Shown here piece by piece: positions 42,579 through 53,487 of a stretch of DNA of 64,000 bases (position 1 is the stretch's first letter; each line of letters starts with the position of its first letter). The notes below the pieces were generated by a model. That model was not told the DNA's origin, did no database searches, and saw nothing but the letters and a program-made list of their open reading frames with translations. Source of the stretch: Calditrichia bacterium (GTDB taxonomy: Bacteria > Calditrichota > Calditrichia > JAJRVZ01); contig CAWCNS010000011.1 in the NCBI GenBank assembly GCA_963796965.1, forward strand, positions 480,001 to 544,000, read 5' to 3'. A program made the position numbers and the translations under genes.

Positions 42579-44849
42579 TTATTTCCAACCTTCCATATTT
42601 CTGCGCATCCAAAACTGCAATTGCTGTCATATTGACAATATCATTTACTTCACAATTACGCTGTAAGACATGGATCGACTTATCTACTCCCATCAGGATG
42701 GGACCAATTGCCTCAGCACCTCCTAACCTGTTCATGAGTTTATAGGCAATATTCCCAGATTCAAGACTTCGGAAATATAAGCACATTGGCTGATCCTTTA
42801 AGATCACAGAAACTATAAATATTATTAAGAATGTCGGGAACCACTGCCGTATCAGCCTGCATTTCCCCATCAATCTCAAGATCAGGCCGTTGTTCTTTAA
42901 CCAATTTCGTTGCTTCTGCTACTTTTTCCGAGAAAGGATGTCTCACACTTCCAAAATTACTAAAAGATAACATCGCAATGCGCGGTACAATATCAAAATT
43001 TTTAACTGTCTCTGCGGATATAATAGCAATTTCCGCTAATTCCTCTGCTGTTGGTTCGATATTAACCGTCGTATCAGCAAAAAAGAAAACATCATTTTTA
43101 AATACCATCATATATAGACCGGCAACAACACCCAGATCTCCCTTAAGGGGGATTGCTTGTAAAGCAGGACGAATCGTATCCGGATAATGATAATTTACAC
43201 CGGCAATCATTCCATCTGCATCACCCATCTTGACCATCATTGCACCAAACAATCGCCAGTTGGCATTTAAGTTCTGTTTTTGCTGAGGAAAGCGTCATAC
43301 CTTTTCTGGCCCGCATTTTATAAAGAGCTTTTGCATAAATATTCAGTTTATCACTTTTAATCGGATCGATAATTTCTACATTTGAAATATCTACATTTAA
43401 TTCTTCACTACTCTTTTTAATAAATTTCATGTGAACCAAGATATGATCGGTTGCGCAATTTCTTCATCGTTAATAATCTGGCAGGCCCTGAAGATTTTTG
43501 GTTCCCATCCTTCGGGATATACAATTTTTTTTGGCTCTTTTTTCGCTTTATTTATCACTAACCGCATTATTTCTCTGGATTTGCCCAAGAAGACTTTCCA
43601 GATGCTCCTTGTAGGCATCAAAATCATCAATGGGTTGCCGGGCAACGCCTGTTTCAACGGCAGCTTTTGCCACAGCACTTGCTTCCCAGATCAACACGCG
43701 GGAATCAAAGGGTTTTGGGATAATATAATCTTTCCCAAATTGAATGGGTTTATCTCCATAGGCCTTGATCACAGAATCGGGAACATCCTCTTTGGCCAGA
43801 TCTGCCAACGATCTTACTGCCGCCAATCTTCATTTCATCATTTATGGCTGTAGCACGTACATCTAATGCTCCCCGGAAAATAAAGGGAAATCCGAGTACA
43901 TTATTGACCTGATTTGGATAATCTGATCGCCCCGTTGCCATAATTAGATCATCACGCACACTAATAGCATCGTCATACATTATTTCGGGATCAGGGTTTG
44001 CCATGGCCATGATAATCGGCTTGTCAGCCATGGATTTAACCATCTTTTTTGTACGAGATTTGCAACAGATACCCCGGCAAAAACATCACAACCTACCATC
44101 ACTTCTTCTAATGTGGCCGGACCATCACCATTCGCCAGTCTTTCTTTATAAGGATTCATTCCTTCCTTTCTACCTTGATAAACAAGGCCTTTGGTGTCAA
44201 TCAGATATAAATTTTCCTTTTTTACCCCAAGTTTGATATATAAATCAGCACAGGCGATTCCTGCCGCTCCGGCCCCACTAAATACAACTTTTACATCTTC
44301 AATTTTTTTATTCTGTAATTCCACGCCATTTAATAATGCCGCGGCAGAGATGATGGCCGTCCCATGCTGATCATCATGGAAGACTGGAATACTCATTATT
44401 TCTTTCAGTTTCTCTTCAATATAGAAACATTCCGGTGCTTTTATATCTTCAAGATTAATACCACCAAAGGTCGGTTCTAGTAATTTTACCGTACGTACAA
44501 TTTCATCTGGATCAAGCGTATCAAGTTCAATATCAAACACATCAATATCCGCAAATCGTTTAAACAATACGCCCTTTCCTTCCATCACTGGCTTTCCAGC
44601 CAGAGCGCCAATATTACCTAATCCTAACACTGCCGTACCATTAGAAACAACAGCAACCAGATTACCTTTGGCAGTATAATCATAGGCGGTCCCCGGATCT
44701 TTCTCAATCTCCCGGCAAGGTTCTGCTACACCGGGGGTATAAGCCATTCCCAGATCCCTTTGTGTTATACAGGGTTTTGTTGAAACTACTTCAATTTTTC
44801 CCTTCCTTCCCTCGCTATGATATTTAAGGGCATCTTCTCTTCGTATCAT
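42579..44849 (-). CDS. maeB: NADP-dependent malic enzyme with PTA-like C-terminal domain, several frameshifts; 3' end approximate
   Basis: [67 protein letters not shown]. Confidence 0.92.
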
Positions 44850-44977
44850 CTTCTCCTCCAAAATGAACAGTTTTTATTTTCCCGGCAGGTCATTTGTAAT
44901 TCCTGATATTCCCGGAAGAAACTAGTACTTTTAATAATCCTTTGTTATTTAATAATCTATTTAATTTATATTGGATT

Positions 44978-46358
44978 TCAATTGCGTTGATTTAAACTTA
45001 TAAGATCAATTAATTTGATATTTAGCTCATCCATTTTTCGATATAAGGATGAGAGACTTATACCAAGAATATTTGCAGATTCTTCTTTATTAATCCCCGT
45101 TTTCTGCAATATTTTCTTTATATGTTCCTTCTCAAAATAGGCTACAGCATCTTTTAGACGAGTAGGAATATCTTCTTCGATTTCTGCATTAATCATGTTA
45201 GGAGGTAAATCTAGTGGTGTAATTATATCACCATCGCATAATATTAATGCTCTTTCTATAACATTCTCCAACTCCCTAATACCACCCTTCCAGTCATGGT
45301 TTCGTAATATTCGCATTGTTTTATTATCAGGGTTCTTGATATGCCGATTCAACTCCTGATTATATTTCTTAATAAAGTGCTGAACGAGTAAAGGGATATC
45401 TTCTTTACGGTTAGTCAGTGATGGCAATGGAATTTCAATGACATTTAATCGATAATACAGATCTTCCCGGAAATTGCCTTTTTCTACTTCGACTGCCAAA
45501 TCCCTGTTGGTGGCAGCAATAATCCTGATATCTACTTTAATGGGATTGCTTGAACCTACAGCATAGATCTCCTCTTCCTCAATAGCCCTTAATAATTTCA
45601 CCTGCAAAGGCAATGGTATATCACCTACCTCATCAAGGAAATAGAGTACCCAAATTGGCAATTTTAAAGAATCCATCTTTGTCATTTATGGCACCTGTAA
45701 ATGAACCTTTTTTATGTCCAAAGAATTCACTCTCCATCAATGTGCCTACAATCGCCCCACAATTTATAGCAACAAAACGTTTATTCTTTCTTGGGCTGTT
45801 AAAATGTATAGCCCGGGCCACCAATTCCTTTCCTGTTCCACTTTTACCTGTAATCAGGACATTACCTTTGGTTGAACTGACCTTTTTAATCAGCTTAAAC
45901 ACCTCCTGCATTTCCTGACTTTGTCCTATTATATTATTGAAATTATATTTTTCATCAACCTCTTTTCTCAATGCCTGATTCTCCAAAGCCAGTTCTTTAT
46001 GTTTAAGCAGGCGCTGTACTTTGAGAATCAAATCATCGAAATCAAAGGGTTTTAATATGTAATCAAACGCCCCAATCCTTAAAGCCTCAATTGCTGATTC
46101 AACGGAAGCATGGGCAGTGATAATAATTACAGAAGTCTGAGGGCAGATCTTCATACTTTTTTTGATTAATTCTATTCCATCCATTCCTGGCATTTTCAAA
46201 TCAGTGATCAGGATATCATAGTCTTGTTCATTAAGAAACTTCAGGGCTTCACTACCGTTCGAAGCCATTTCCGTTTCGTATCCTTCTTCAGTTAAAACCA
46301 GGGAGACGGATTCACGGATAGCTTTTTCATCATCAACGATTAATATTTTGGACTTCAT
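44978..46358 (-). CDS. sigma54-dependent response regulator, +1 frameshift near 45640
   Basis: REC; GKSGTGKE; FFGHKKGSFTGA; FLDEVGD; WKGGIRELEN; HTH SLYRKM. Confidence 0.9.
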
Positions 46359-46394
46359 ATTATTCCTCAATTTTATCCTTAATGGGTATATTTA

Positions 46395-48068
46395 TCAGGA
46401 AAGACTTCCTTGCCCTGATTTACTCTCGACAGAAATATCCCCATTCAGTTTTTTTATAAATCCATAAGTAACAGTTAATCCAAGACCGGTTCCTTTACCA
46501 ACTTCCTTTGTTGTATAAAAAGGTTCGAAAATTTTATTTTGCATGTTTTGTGGTATGCCACATCCCTGATCAGAAATTTTTACATAAATGGTTGCATTTT
46601 CCACATAGGTTTTAACTTCAATCTCATTACCATAGCCTTCGCTGGCATCGACCGCGTTAATTAGTATATTGAGGAAAACCTGCAGGAGATGATCTGAAAC
46701 GAGGACAGTCTTTGGAACATTCTCATCTAATTCTAATTGATAGATAAGATCTTTTGATCGACGATCATAGCGGATTATGCCGACAGCAGATTTAATAATT
46801 TCATTAACATCACAGGGTGCTTCTTCATATGAAGAGGGGCGACTAAAATCAACCAATTCCCTTACTATTCTTGAAATTCTATCGATACTTTTCAGAATGG
46901 TTGATACATATTCCAAAGTTTGCGCGTCTGAATTTCTCCGTTTAATTACCTGTACCATAGATGAAATACTTGTCAGAGGATTGCCAATTTCATGCGCAAT
47001 ACCTGCAGCCATCATTCCCAAAGATGCCATTTTCTCCTGATGAGAAATTTGTGCCTGTGCCTGTTGCAACTCTCGTGTTCTACTTTTAATCTTATCTTCC
47101 ATACCCGAATAAGATTCATGCAGTTTCTCTCTCATTAGTTCAAATTCATCAGCAAGTATCTCTATTTCATCGTTGCTACTTAATTCAATCTTTTTATCAA
47201 ATTTTCCTTGTCTGATTTGCTGAGTTGCCTGAATGAGCCTATGAATAGGTTGGGTGATCCGACGTGAGAATATAATGGCAAGCAGAACGAGTATAATGGC
47301 AAAAAAGACATTGGCCAGTAAGATTCTATCCCTGAAAGTATTTAGTTCAGCATAGAAGGATTTCGTATTTATTCTGGTTATCAATACTGCCTGCTGATCC
47401 TTAAGCCAGGTTGATGCATAAAGAAAATCTGCACTTTTGATAATTCTTGTATACTTTAATTCAGATTTTGGCTGTAAAATAATCTGAGTCAGGCTCAGAT
47501 CATCGATTTCGGGCCTGGGCAGACTTGTGTCACCAATCATTTTCTCAGAATTGAGAAAATATGCAAAATTATGCATATTCTTAACACTGATTGATAATAA
47601 TTCTTCCACATCCTTGACCGGGACAGCAGCAGAAATTTTTGCAACAGGTGTATCAAAATGAAGGATAAGTGGGTTCTCAGGGAGAAGTAATGATTTCTCT
47701 TTATTTAATTTGATAGAATATTTATTAGTAAATCCAGTAGTAATAAAGAGGAACTCATTGTTTGTAAAAGTTTTTGCTGATAGAAATGAGCCAAAAGATA
47801 CTGTTTTTTCTAAACTTTCGTATTCCGCAACAACATTTTTGATTACATTGTCTTTTAGTTGAAAATAGATATTAAGTTCATTGGCATAACTTGTATTAAT
47901 TGAGCGGAGATGATCCTCATTAACGCGGCTGATCAGATCTTTGTTTAAATAATATCCCAATATGCTAAAAATAAGCAGAGGTAAAAAGGCGAAAGAAAGA
48001 AAGTAGACGACGATCTTGGTATTTAATCGCTTGAAAATTGTTAAAATTTGTGCAAACTTAGCAGACAT
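46395..48068 (-). CDS. Membrane sensor histidine kinase (TM-sensor-TM-HAMP-HisKA-HATPase)
   Basis: EKMASLGMMAAGIAHEIGNP; HAMP DEIEILA..F; GKGTGLGL; probable frameshift in the last codons. Confidence 0.92.
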   Translation of the reverse strand: MSAKFAQILTIFKRLNTKIVVYFLSFAFLPLLIFSILGYYLNKDLISRVNEDHLRSINTSYANELNIYFQLKDNVIKNVVAEYESLEKTVSFGSFLSAKTFTNNEFLFITTGFTNKYSIKLNKEKSLLLPENPLILHFDTPVAKISAAVPVKDVEELLSISVKNMHNFAYFLNSEKMIGDTSLPRPEIDDLSLTQIILQPKSELKYTRIIKSADFLYASTWLKDQQAVLITRINTKSFYAELNTFRDRILLANVFFAIILVLLAIIFSRRITQPIHRLIQATQQIRQGKFDKKIELSSNDEIEILADEFELMREKLHESYSGMEDKIKSRTRELQQAQAQISHQEKMASLGMMAAGIAHEIGNPLTSISSMVQVIKRRNSDAQTLEYVSTILKSIDRISRIVRELVDFSRPSSYEEAPCDVNEIIKSAVGIIRYDRRSKDLIYQLELDENVPKTVLVSDHLLQVFLNILINAVDASEGYGNEIEVKTYVENATIYVKISDQGCGIPQNMQNKIFEPFYTTKEVGKGTGLGLTVTYGFIKKLNGDISVESKSGQGSLS

Positions 48069-48193
48069 TAAATACCTATGATGATAGGAATGGAATAGAT
48101 ATTCTTAATGTTGGGAAAATATATCCTTTTTTTAAGATTATAGCAAGGACAATTGAAAATTTGTAAATTTATTTCTTAAATTTCATTGCATTT

Positions 48194-48223
48194 TTGAACT
48201 GCTATGTTTATTTTTCGTATAAT
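48194..48223 (+). promoter_or_regulatory. sigma70-like promoter
   Basis: TTGAAC-18 nt-TATAAT before the cytochrome gene. Confidence 0.45.
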
Positions 48224-48302
48224 ATTTATAATGAGTTGGACAAAATAAAGAAGTTGATTTCAGACCATCTCAAATGGTATACACTTAATACGGAGGTTAG
48301 TT

Positions 48303-48854
48303 ATGAAGAACAAAATCCTTGCAATAGGGTTGATCATCGTTTTCTCCTTCACCCTTCTGAGCTTTGCCGGGGACAAACCGGAATATGTGGGTGCAAGTAA
48401 ATGTAAATCTTGTCATAATGCGGATAAGAATGGTGGTCAGTTTAAAAAATGGCAGAAAGAGAAACATTCTAAAGCCTACGAATCACTTAAATCTGATGCT
48501 GCCAAGAAAACAGCTGAGGCCATGGGAGTAAAGGACCCTCTCAAAGATGATAAATGTCTCTCCTGTCATACAACTGTAGGTAGCAAGAAAAATATAAACA
48601 AAAGTTATAAAGTTGAAGAAGGCGTTGGATGTGAATCCTGTCATGGTCCTGGAAGCCTTTATAAAAAGTCCAAAGTGATGAAAGATCAAAAAGCGTCTTT
48701 AGCTGCTGGCATGATTATTCCTGATGAAAAGACTTGTATAAATTGTCATAAAGCTGAGATCAAGGGACATAAAGTGAGTTTTACCAATTGGAAGGATGAA
48801 TACAAGAAAATTGCCCATCCAGTCCCACCTGAAAATGATCGACGGAAAAAATAG
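48303..48854 (+). CDS. Periplasmic tetraheme cytochrome c (c554-like)
   Basis: Signal peptide; YVGASKCKSCH, CLSCH, GVGCESCHGPGS, CINCH. Confidence 0.92.
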   Translation: MKNKILAIGLIIVFSFTLLSFAGDKPEYVGASKCKSCHNADKNGGQFKKWQKEKHSKAYESLKSDAAKKTAEAMGVKDPLKDDKCLSCHTTVGSKKNINKSYKVEEGVGCESCHGPGSLYKKSKVMKDQKASLAAGMIIPDEKTCINCHKAEIKGHKVSFTNWKDEYKKIAHPVPPENDRRKK

Positions 48855-48911
48855 TGTCTATATTGCTGATGGGTTTTTAAACTCATGACAGCGATAAAAT
48901 AACCACAAGTG

Positions 48912-48944
48912 AAAGCCGTTCCATAGAGAGCGGCTTTTTTTTTT
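48912..48944 (+). terminator. Rho-independent terminator
   Basis: AAAGCCGTT...AGCGGCTTT hairpin followed by a T-run. Confidence 0.8.
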
Positions 48945-49012
48945 CGAAATTTTCTTGCATCCTATTATCATCACAACTAAAATTTATTATCATATAGACA
49001 TTAAGGACATCT

Positions 49013-50497
49013 ATGGAGCATTTTGGATTTTGGTCTCTTCTCCCGCCTCTGGTAGCCATTACATTAGCCATTAAAACGCGTCAGGTTTTTATTTCATTAT
49101 TATTTGGAATTTGGATGGGTTGGGTCATTCTCTCAAATGGAAATATACTAAATGGAACTATTAATACCATTCAGGCTATGGTCGATGTCTTTCAGGATGC
49201 AGGAAATACCCGTACTATCATGTTCAGTTCGCTGGTCGGCGCTCTCATTGCTTTTGTTCAGCGATCCGGAGGTGTCGAGGGATTTATAATCTATATTAAT
49301 AAATTTCTCATAAAGATCGAAGAGCGTAAAAAAACCAGCCCAAGAAAAACCGTGCAAATTATGGCATGGTTGACAGGAATTGCCATCTTTGTAGAATCCA
49401 GCATAAATGTTTTAACCGTTGGATCTATTTTTAGACCTATTTTCGACCGTCTAAAGATCCCCCGGGAAAAATTAGCCTATATTGCGGATTCAATTTCTGC
49501 CCCAACTTGTATATTAATACCCTTAAATGCGTGGGGTGCTTATATTATGGGATTGCTTTTAGCACAAGGTTTGGAAAACCCCTTGGGTACAATGATCAGG
49601 GCCTATCCGCTAAACTTTTATCCAATATTTGCAATGATAATCGTTGGGATCGTTATTTTCACCCAAAAAGATATTGGTCCAATGAAAGAAGCGGAGAGAA
49701 GGGCACGGGAAGAGGGCAAGGTTATAAGAGACGGGGCCACCCCCATGATTTCTACCGAAATAATTAGTATGGAAAAGGCGGATAATACGATCGCACGAGC
49801 AATAAATATGATTATTCCTATAGGTACCATGGTGGCAATGATGCCCATAGGCCTAATTTTCACAGGTTGGTCGAACGTAGAAAATATTAATACCTATCCC
49901 TTTTGGCAGCAAATTTTTCTGGCTATTGGAAAAGGTTCGGGTTCAACCGCTGTTCTATGGGCTGTGCTTTCTTCTATTCTTGTCGGAGCAATACTCTATC
50001 GAGCACAAAATATATTTAAATTACCTGAGATAATAAACCTGATATTCAAGGGTATTGGCGGGCTCATTCCTTTGGCCCTTCTGATGATGTTAGCCTTTGC
50101 AATAGGAAAAGTTTGTCGGGATCTGGGAACCGGTATCTATGTCGCCGAGGTCACACAAGCCTGGTTAAGTCCAAAATTTGTCCCTGCAATAGTATTTCTG
50201 GTGGCAAGTTTTATTGCTTTCTCAACCGGAACATCCTGGGGTACATTCGCTATTATGATCCCAATCGGCCTGCAAATGGCCCAAATGATGGACGCCAATA
50301 TTTATTTAACCATTGCAGCTGCTCTGGGTGGCGGTGTGTTCGGTGATCATAGTTCTCCAATCTCTGACACAACAATAATTTCTTCTATGGCCTCTGCGAG
50401 TGATCATATCGACCATGTAAAAACACAATTACCTTATGCCCTTATTGCCGGTTCTGCTACAACGGTGCTTTATCTGGTAATTGGATTTGTTATCTAA
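49013..50497 (+). CDS. NhaC-family Na+/H+ antiporter / amino-acid transporter
   Basis: SLLPPLVAI, REKLAYIADS, FSTGTSWGTFAI, GDHSSPISDTTI, HVKTQLPYA. Confidence 0.92.
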   Translation: MEHFGFWSLLPPLVAITLAIKTRQVFISLLFGIWMGWVILSNGNILNGTINTIQAMVDVFQDAGNTRTIMFSSLVGALIAFVQRSGGVEGFIIYINKFLIKIEERKKTSPRKTVQIMAWLTGIAIFVESSINVLTVGSIFRPIFDRLKIPREKLAYIADSISAPTCILIPLNAWGAYIMGLLLAQGLENPLGTMIRAYPLNFYPIFAMIIVGIVIFTQKDIGPMKEAERRAREEGKVIRDGATPMISTEIISMEKADNTIARAINMIIPIGTMVAMMPIGLIFTGWSNVENINTYPFWQQIFLAIGKGSGSTAVLWAVLSSILVGAILYRAQNIFKLPEIINLIFKGIGGLIPLALLMMLAFAIGKVCRDLGTGIYVAEVTQAWLSPKFVPAIVFLVASFIAFSTGTSWGTFAIMIPIGLQMAQMMDANIYLTIAAALGGGVFGDHSSPISDTTIISSMASASDHIDHVKTQLPYALIAGSATTVLYLVIGFVI

Positions 50498-50612
50498 CCA
50501 GGCACTTTTTCTCAGGAACGCAAAGGACAGCACAAAAAATTAAAGCAATCCCAAATAAAAAATCTCCAGGGTTTCCTATAAGATGAGAATAAATAATCGT
50601 TTATGAGCAATT

Positions 50613-51545
50613 ATGCATAAGCCGGGATATATTAGTCTGGCCGCCAATGGAGAATTGATGCGTCGAGCGGCATACTTAAAACAAAGACTAAAAAAATGTG
50701 TAATTTGTCCACATACCTGTGGGATTGATCGCAATATTGATAATTCTGGCTTCTGCCAATCATACAGCACCCCATATATTTGTTCCTACGGTGCCCATCA
50801 TGGTGAAGAGCCACCGATAAGTGGTTATAGAGGTTCAGGAACCGTATTCCTGGGTCGTTGTAATCTGAATTGTGTATACTGCCAGAATCCTGATATCAGT
50901 CAATTAATATCCCATCCGGAAGGATATTCGTCCTCAACTGAGGAATTTGCCCAAATAATGCTTGATTTGCAAAATTCAAAGGGTTGTCATAATATCAATT
51001 TTGTTTCCCCCTCTCATTTTGTACCTCAAATCTTAGAGGCTATTGCATATGCCACATCCTTAGGCCTTGAGATACCTCTTGTCTATAATACAAATAGTTA
51101 TGACCGTGTGGAAACACTCAAGATTTTAGAAGGTATCATCGACATATATTTACCTGATTTAAAATATAGTGACGACAGTATGGCCCAAAAATATTCGGGA
51201 ATTCCTGATTATGTGTCAGTTTCCCGCCAAGCTATTGCGGAAATGTACCGCCAGGTGGGATTATTAAAAACAGATGCTAATGGCATTGCCAAGAGAGGAT
51301 TGTTGATCCGTCATCTTGTTTTGCCAAACAACATTTCCGGCAGTGAGGATAGTCTAGAATGGATTGCCTCCAAATTATCTCCGTTAATCACCGTAAATTT
51401 GATGGCACAGTATCATCCTGCCCATAAGGCAACTGCTTACCCAGAATTACTGAATAGGCCCTCAGGAAAAGAATACATGAATTTAGTGAATACCATGGAG
51501 AAAATGGGATTTCAAAATGCCCTTTATCAAAATATAGGGATTTGA
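50613..51545 (+). CDS. Radical SAM protein, PflX family
   Basis: CxxCP..C, HHGEEPPISG..GSGTVF, CNLNCVYCQN, DIYLPDLKY, RHLVLP. Confidence 0.9.
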   Translation: MHKPGYISLAANGELMRRAAYLKQRLKKCVICPHTCGIDRNIDNSGFCQSYSTPYICSYGAHHGEEPPISGYRGSGTVFLGRCNLNCVYCQNPDISQLISHPEGYSSSTEEFAQIMLDLQNSKGCHNINFVSPSHFVPQILEAIAYATSLGLEIPLVYNTNSYDRVETLKILEGIIDIYLPDLKYSDDSMAQKYSGIPDYVSVSRQAIAEMYRQVGLLKTDANGIAKRGLLIRHLVLPNNISGSEDSLEWIASKLSPLITVNLMAQYHPAHKATAYPELLNRPSGKEYMNLVNTMEKMGFQNALYQNIGI

Positions 51546-51629
51546 GTTTGATAGAACTTTTTGTCATGACTTTTAAATCTGGGAATAATTTTCAAAAACT
51601 ATACGATAAATCAGTAAAGGAAGAATGAT

Positions 51630-52403
51630 ATGACACAGTTTGATGAAAAAGTTGTATTTATAACCGGTTCCAGCAGCGGGATTGGCAAAGCCTGTGCCTA
51701 TCGTTTTGCAAAAGAAGGGGCAAGACTGCTTCTATGTGCCCGGCGCAAAGAGAGATTAGATTCATTGGCAAACGATTTAGAAAGAATGTTTGGTACCAAA
51801 ATCTATACCTTTCAACTCGATGTCCGTGACCGTCAACAAGTAGAGGTAGCCCTTGAGGCTTTACCCGCGGAATGGAAATCTATTGATGTTCTCGTAAACA
51901 ATGCGGGTCTGGCCCGAGGTTTTTCCAAAGTTCACGAAGGCTTAATTGATGACTGGGAGGAAATGATTGACACCAATATTAAAGGGTTACTTTATATAAC
52001 AAAAAAAATTATCCCTTGGATGATTGATAACGAACGCGGCGATATAATCAATATAGGCTCGATAGCAGGCCATGAAGTTTATCCTAATGGTAATGTCTAC
52101 TGCGCCTCAAAACATGCTGTAGAGGCGCTTACAAGGGCCATCAGGATTGATTTACTAGGCACACCTCTTCGTGTTGCAACTGTTGACCCGGGAATGGTGG
52201 AAACGGAATTCAGCATCGTAAGATTTCATGGGGATAAAGAAAAAGCAGATAAGGTTTACCAAGGACTTAAACCACTTGTCGGAGAGGACGTTGCTGATGC
52301 TGTCTTCTATTGTGCCTCCCGTCCGGTACATGTTCAAATTGCCGAGATTATTATTTTACCAACAGCCCAGCGAACAGCAACCATGGCCCATAGAGAAGAA
52401 TAG
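51630..52403 (+). CDS. SDR oxidoreductase (YdfG-like)
   Basis: TGSSSGIG, NNAGLA, YCASK, PGMVETEFS. Confidence 0.92.
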   Translation: MTQFDEKVVFITGSSSGIGKACAYRFAKEGARLLLCARRKERLDSLANDLERMFGTKIYTFQLDVRDRQQVEVALEALPAEWKSIDVLVNNAGLARGFSKVHEGLIDDWEEMIDTNIKGLLYITKKIIPWMIDNERGDIINIGSIAGHEVYPNGNVYCASKHAVEALTRAIRIDLLGTPLRVATVDPGMVETEFSIVRFHGDKEKADKVYQGLKPLVGEDVADAVFYCASRPVHVQIAEIIILPTAQRTATMAHREE

Positions 52404-52568
52404 ATATCCAATAATTAATCCGTTCAAAGACAATATCATAAATTGATAGAATTCTACCAGATTATTGGTTAAATTTAATGCTTATATGTGAATAGTAATT
52501 TCACATTGATCGTTATGATAATGAATGGCATAATTGAATTAATATAAATATTTGAGGAGAAAGTATAC

Positions 52569-52853
52569 ATGGCCTATGTGATAACCGAACCCTGCTCAGG
52601 TGTATGTGATACTGCTTGTGTAGATGTTTGTCCCGTTGATTGTATCTATCCTGCTGAGGGATATAGCCTTGAGGAGGCTGATAAGGTAAAAATGCGTGCG
52701 GCAAAAGAAATGATGTATATTCATCCTGAGGAATGCATAGATTGTGGGGCTTGCGAACCAGAATGTCCCGTTGAAGCTATTTATCCTGAAGATGAAGTAC
52801 CCGAGAACTGGAAAAGCTATATTGAAAAGAATAAAAAACGATTTGGATTATAA
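52569..52853 (+). CDS. FdxA-type (7Fe/8Fe) ferredoxin
   Basis: YVITEPC...[26 protein letters not shown]. Confidence 0.93.
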   Translation: MAYVITEPCSGVCDTACVDVCPVDCIYPAEGYSLEEADKVKMRAAKEMMYIHPEECIDCGACEPECPVEAIYPEDEVPENWKSYIEKNKKRFGL

Positions 52854-52889
52854 GTAAATCTTCTTTAGGAACAAATTATGTTTTACCAT

Positions 52890-52922
52890 TCCTGGGGTTA
52901 TTATAACTCCAGGATTTTTTTT
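52890..52922 (+). terminator. Rho-independent terminator
   Basis: TCCTGGGGTTA-tta-TAACTCCAGGA followed by T8. Confidence 0.8.
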
Positions 52923-52997
52923 AACAAAATTTAATAGCGGCCGTACCTGATTTATCGTATTTTTATTTTATCAATTTGAGGGGATTGTCTTATAAAT

Positions 52998-53487
52998 ATG
53001 GCGAATATTTTTGTAATTGATGCCTGGAATGTTTGCTTTAAAATTCCGGAGATTGCTACCTTAATTCCGGATCAACTGGAAACGGCCAGAAATAAGTTTA
53101 ATATTTCTGTAAAAAGACTATTTTTCACAAAAAAAGATTACATTCAAAATAATATATGATGGTCAACCTGATATTTATACCAACAATAGCAAAAGAGATC
53201 CGTCAATAGCCTTTTCACGCAATCCGGAAAAAGCCGATGACTTAATAATCCGCTATATTCAGAAACAATCTAACAAAAGAGGCATAACGGTCATCACTTC
53301 CGATAAACAGCTGGCTATGCGTGCAAAAGATCTGGGAGCAAAAGTTCTATCGTCAGATTTATTTATCTCCAGGCTTCAAAAAAGAAACGTTCAGGCCGGT
53401 AAATCTTTCAAGCAAGATCCGCAGATCGGTGAGGATGAAATTAATTACTGGTTAAATAAATTCTCAGATGATGATCAGAGAAAATGA
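52998..53487 (+). CDS. YacP-like NYN-domain RNase, +1 frameshift near 53115 (absent from ORF track)
   Basis: MANIFVIDAWNV...; second frame IIYDG...KADDLII...VITSDKQL. Confidence 0.8.
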
